From: a virus
Taxonomy: Duplodnaviria; Caudoviricetes
Direction: 5' to 3' (one strand)
IMG/VR virus record: IMGVR_UViG_3300010964_000013
Span: 1-33,874 of that record
Length of the DNA: 33,874 nt
A program made the translations under genes and the position numbers. Below are positions 32,732 through 33,874 of this stretch, piece by piece (positions within the stretch are counted from its first letter, which is position 1; each line of letters opens with the position of its first letter). The notes under the pieces are model-generated. The model made no database searches. It was not told the DNA's origin and saw only the letters and a list, made by a program, of their open reading frames with translations.

Positions 32732-33874
32732 ATGGCCGACAAGATCCCGGATTGGCTCGCCGCGATGCGAGCCCTGGACGGCACCCGTGAGGTTCCGGGC
32801 GGCGCCGACAACCCGGTGATCGTCGGTTGGTCGGCCGAAATCGCCCGGAGGTTCCCGGAGCTGTCCAGCTACTCCAGGACCTACACTCACGACTCCATCG
32901 CGTGGTGCGGCCAGACCGTCGCCTACGTCATGGCGCTAGCCGGCCACCGCCCGCCGGACGGCTATCTCTGGGCGCGCAACTGGGCGGCATGGGGGCGCAA
33001 GACAGAACCGCGGCTCGGTTGCGTCATGGTGTTCACGCGCGGCGAAGGGGGCCACGTCGCGCTCTACGAGAGCGAGACGAAGACACACTATCTCGTCCGC
33101 GGCGGCAATCAGGACGACGCGATCAACCTCACCAAGATCGCCAAGAGCCGGTTCCTGGCGGCGCGGTGGCCGAGCGACGAGCCGAGCGCGGTCGGGATTC
33201 CGGCCGCTCCTGTCGGCGCGCTGTCCGACGTCGGCCGCTCCACCGACCCGTCCACTGCGACGCTGCATCGGGACGTGCCGGCCGACGGACGCCCGGCATC
33301 GATCCGCTACTGCAACCCCGGCGCTCAGTACCCGAGTCGCGAAGCAGCGCGCTTCGGCCAGCTCGGCTACGGCCTGATCGGCGGCGGGCACCAGATCGCT
33401 CATTTTCCGTCGCCGGTGAACGGCGCGGCGGCGAACTTCGACCTGCTCGCCCGCAGATATGTCGGCATGACGATCGGCGCTGCCGGCACCAAGTGGACCG
33501 GCGCCAACGGCTTCGGTGTGCCGGGCTACGATCCGGATGCGATCCTCACGCGCGAGATGGTCGACGATCCCGATCAGGCGATCCCACTGCTCAAGGCGAT
33601 CGCCCGGCGCGAGGCGGGCAGGGGGGGCCAGTTGACCGACGAGCAATGGCGGGCGGCGCACGAGATGTTCCGCGCCGGGTCGGCCGACGCCTGGCTGTTC
33701 CGCACGCCTGAGGCTGGGCGCCGGATAGCCCCTGCCGGGCCGGCAAAGCCCGCTGGTGCGATGCGGACGGCCGGCCCCGCCGTCACCACCGTCCCCACGC
33801 CGATCGCCCTGCCGGACCGGCCGGGCCTGTGGCGGACGCTGCTCGGCGCGCTGGTCGGTCGGGACCCGCCGGTG
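32732..33874 (+). CDS. Endolysin (TIGR02594/CHAP-like peptidase plus a second lysozyme-like domain); truncated at the window end
   Basis: Translated by hand (absent from the ORF track because it has no stop): MADKIPDWL...EVPG.ADNPVI...DSIAWCG...GGHVALY...RGGNQDD, then PASIRYCNPGA...IAHFPSPVNGAAA.F.LL; GGAG RBS. Confidence 0.85.
   Translation, partial: MADKIPDWLAAMRALDGTREVPGGADNPVIVGWSAEIARRFPELSSYSRTYTHDSIAWCGQTVAYVMALAGHRPPDGYLWARNWAAWGRKTEPRLGCVMVFTRGEGGHVALYESETKTHYLVRGGNQDDAINLTKIAKSRFLAARWPSDEPSAVGIPAAPVGALSDVGRSTDPSTATLHRDVPADGRPASIRYCNPGAQYPSREAARFGQLGYGLIGGGHQIAHFPSPVNGAAANFDLLARRYVGMTIGAAGTKWTGANGFGVPGYDPDAILTREMVDDPDQAIPLLKAIARREAGRGGQLTDEQWRAAHEMFRAGSADAWLFRTPEAGRRIAPAGPAKPAGAMRTAGPAVTTVPTPIALPDRPGLWRTLLGALVGRDPPV

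Larger units (their letters stand above)
1..33874. mobile_element. Temperate siphovirus / prophage (HK97-like head, non-contractile tail); both ends lie outside the window
   Basis: Contiguous lambdoid gene order: immunity, early/replication, antiterminator, packaging, head, tail, lysis. Many genes are coupled by ATGA/TGATG overlaps. No host housekeeping genes seen. Confidence 0.97.

Noticed and set aside
1-33874. Integrase, att sites, tRNA genes, IS elements
   Set aside because: None recognisable; the prophage ends lie outside the window.

Overview
The whole window is the central part of a GC-rich temperate siphovirus genome or prophage with an HK97-like head and a lambda/GTA-like tail. The GapR-like gene, the Cro family and the GTA-type tail genes point to an alphaproteobacterial (probably Hyphomicrobiales) host; this is inference. 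From left to right it holds: the start of the leftward early operon with an antisense Pro-rich peptide + SLATT-like membrane-protein cassette; an immunity region (lipoprotein, CI with S24 peptidase, five GTAA-N2-TTAC-type operators, PL/PR promoters, Cro- and CII-like genes); a rightward early operon (DEDD exonuclease, GapR fusion, AAA+ ATPase, ParB-like protein, ParB-HTH-MT-A70 methyltransferase, DUF5131, DUF5664-DUF1937 fusion); an HTH replication initiator with four intragenic palindromic iterons; a NusG-like antiterminator; HNH, terminase, portal, protease and capsid; neck and tail genes with a -1 frameshift chaperone; tape measure and tail tip/fibre genes; and a two-domain endolysin running off the right end. 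No integrase, att site, holin, tRNA or CRISPR was seen. The most striking element is the ParB-HTH-MT-A70 gene (7424-8953). It carries a perfect 29-bp palindrome inside its coding sequence, and its acidic tail contains an FtsZ C-terminal-peptide look-alike (LDIPAFLRR). All family assignments come from motif recognition by eye; no database searches were run.
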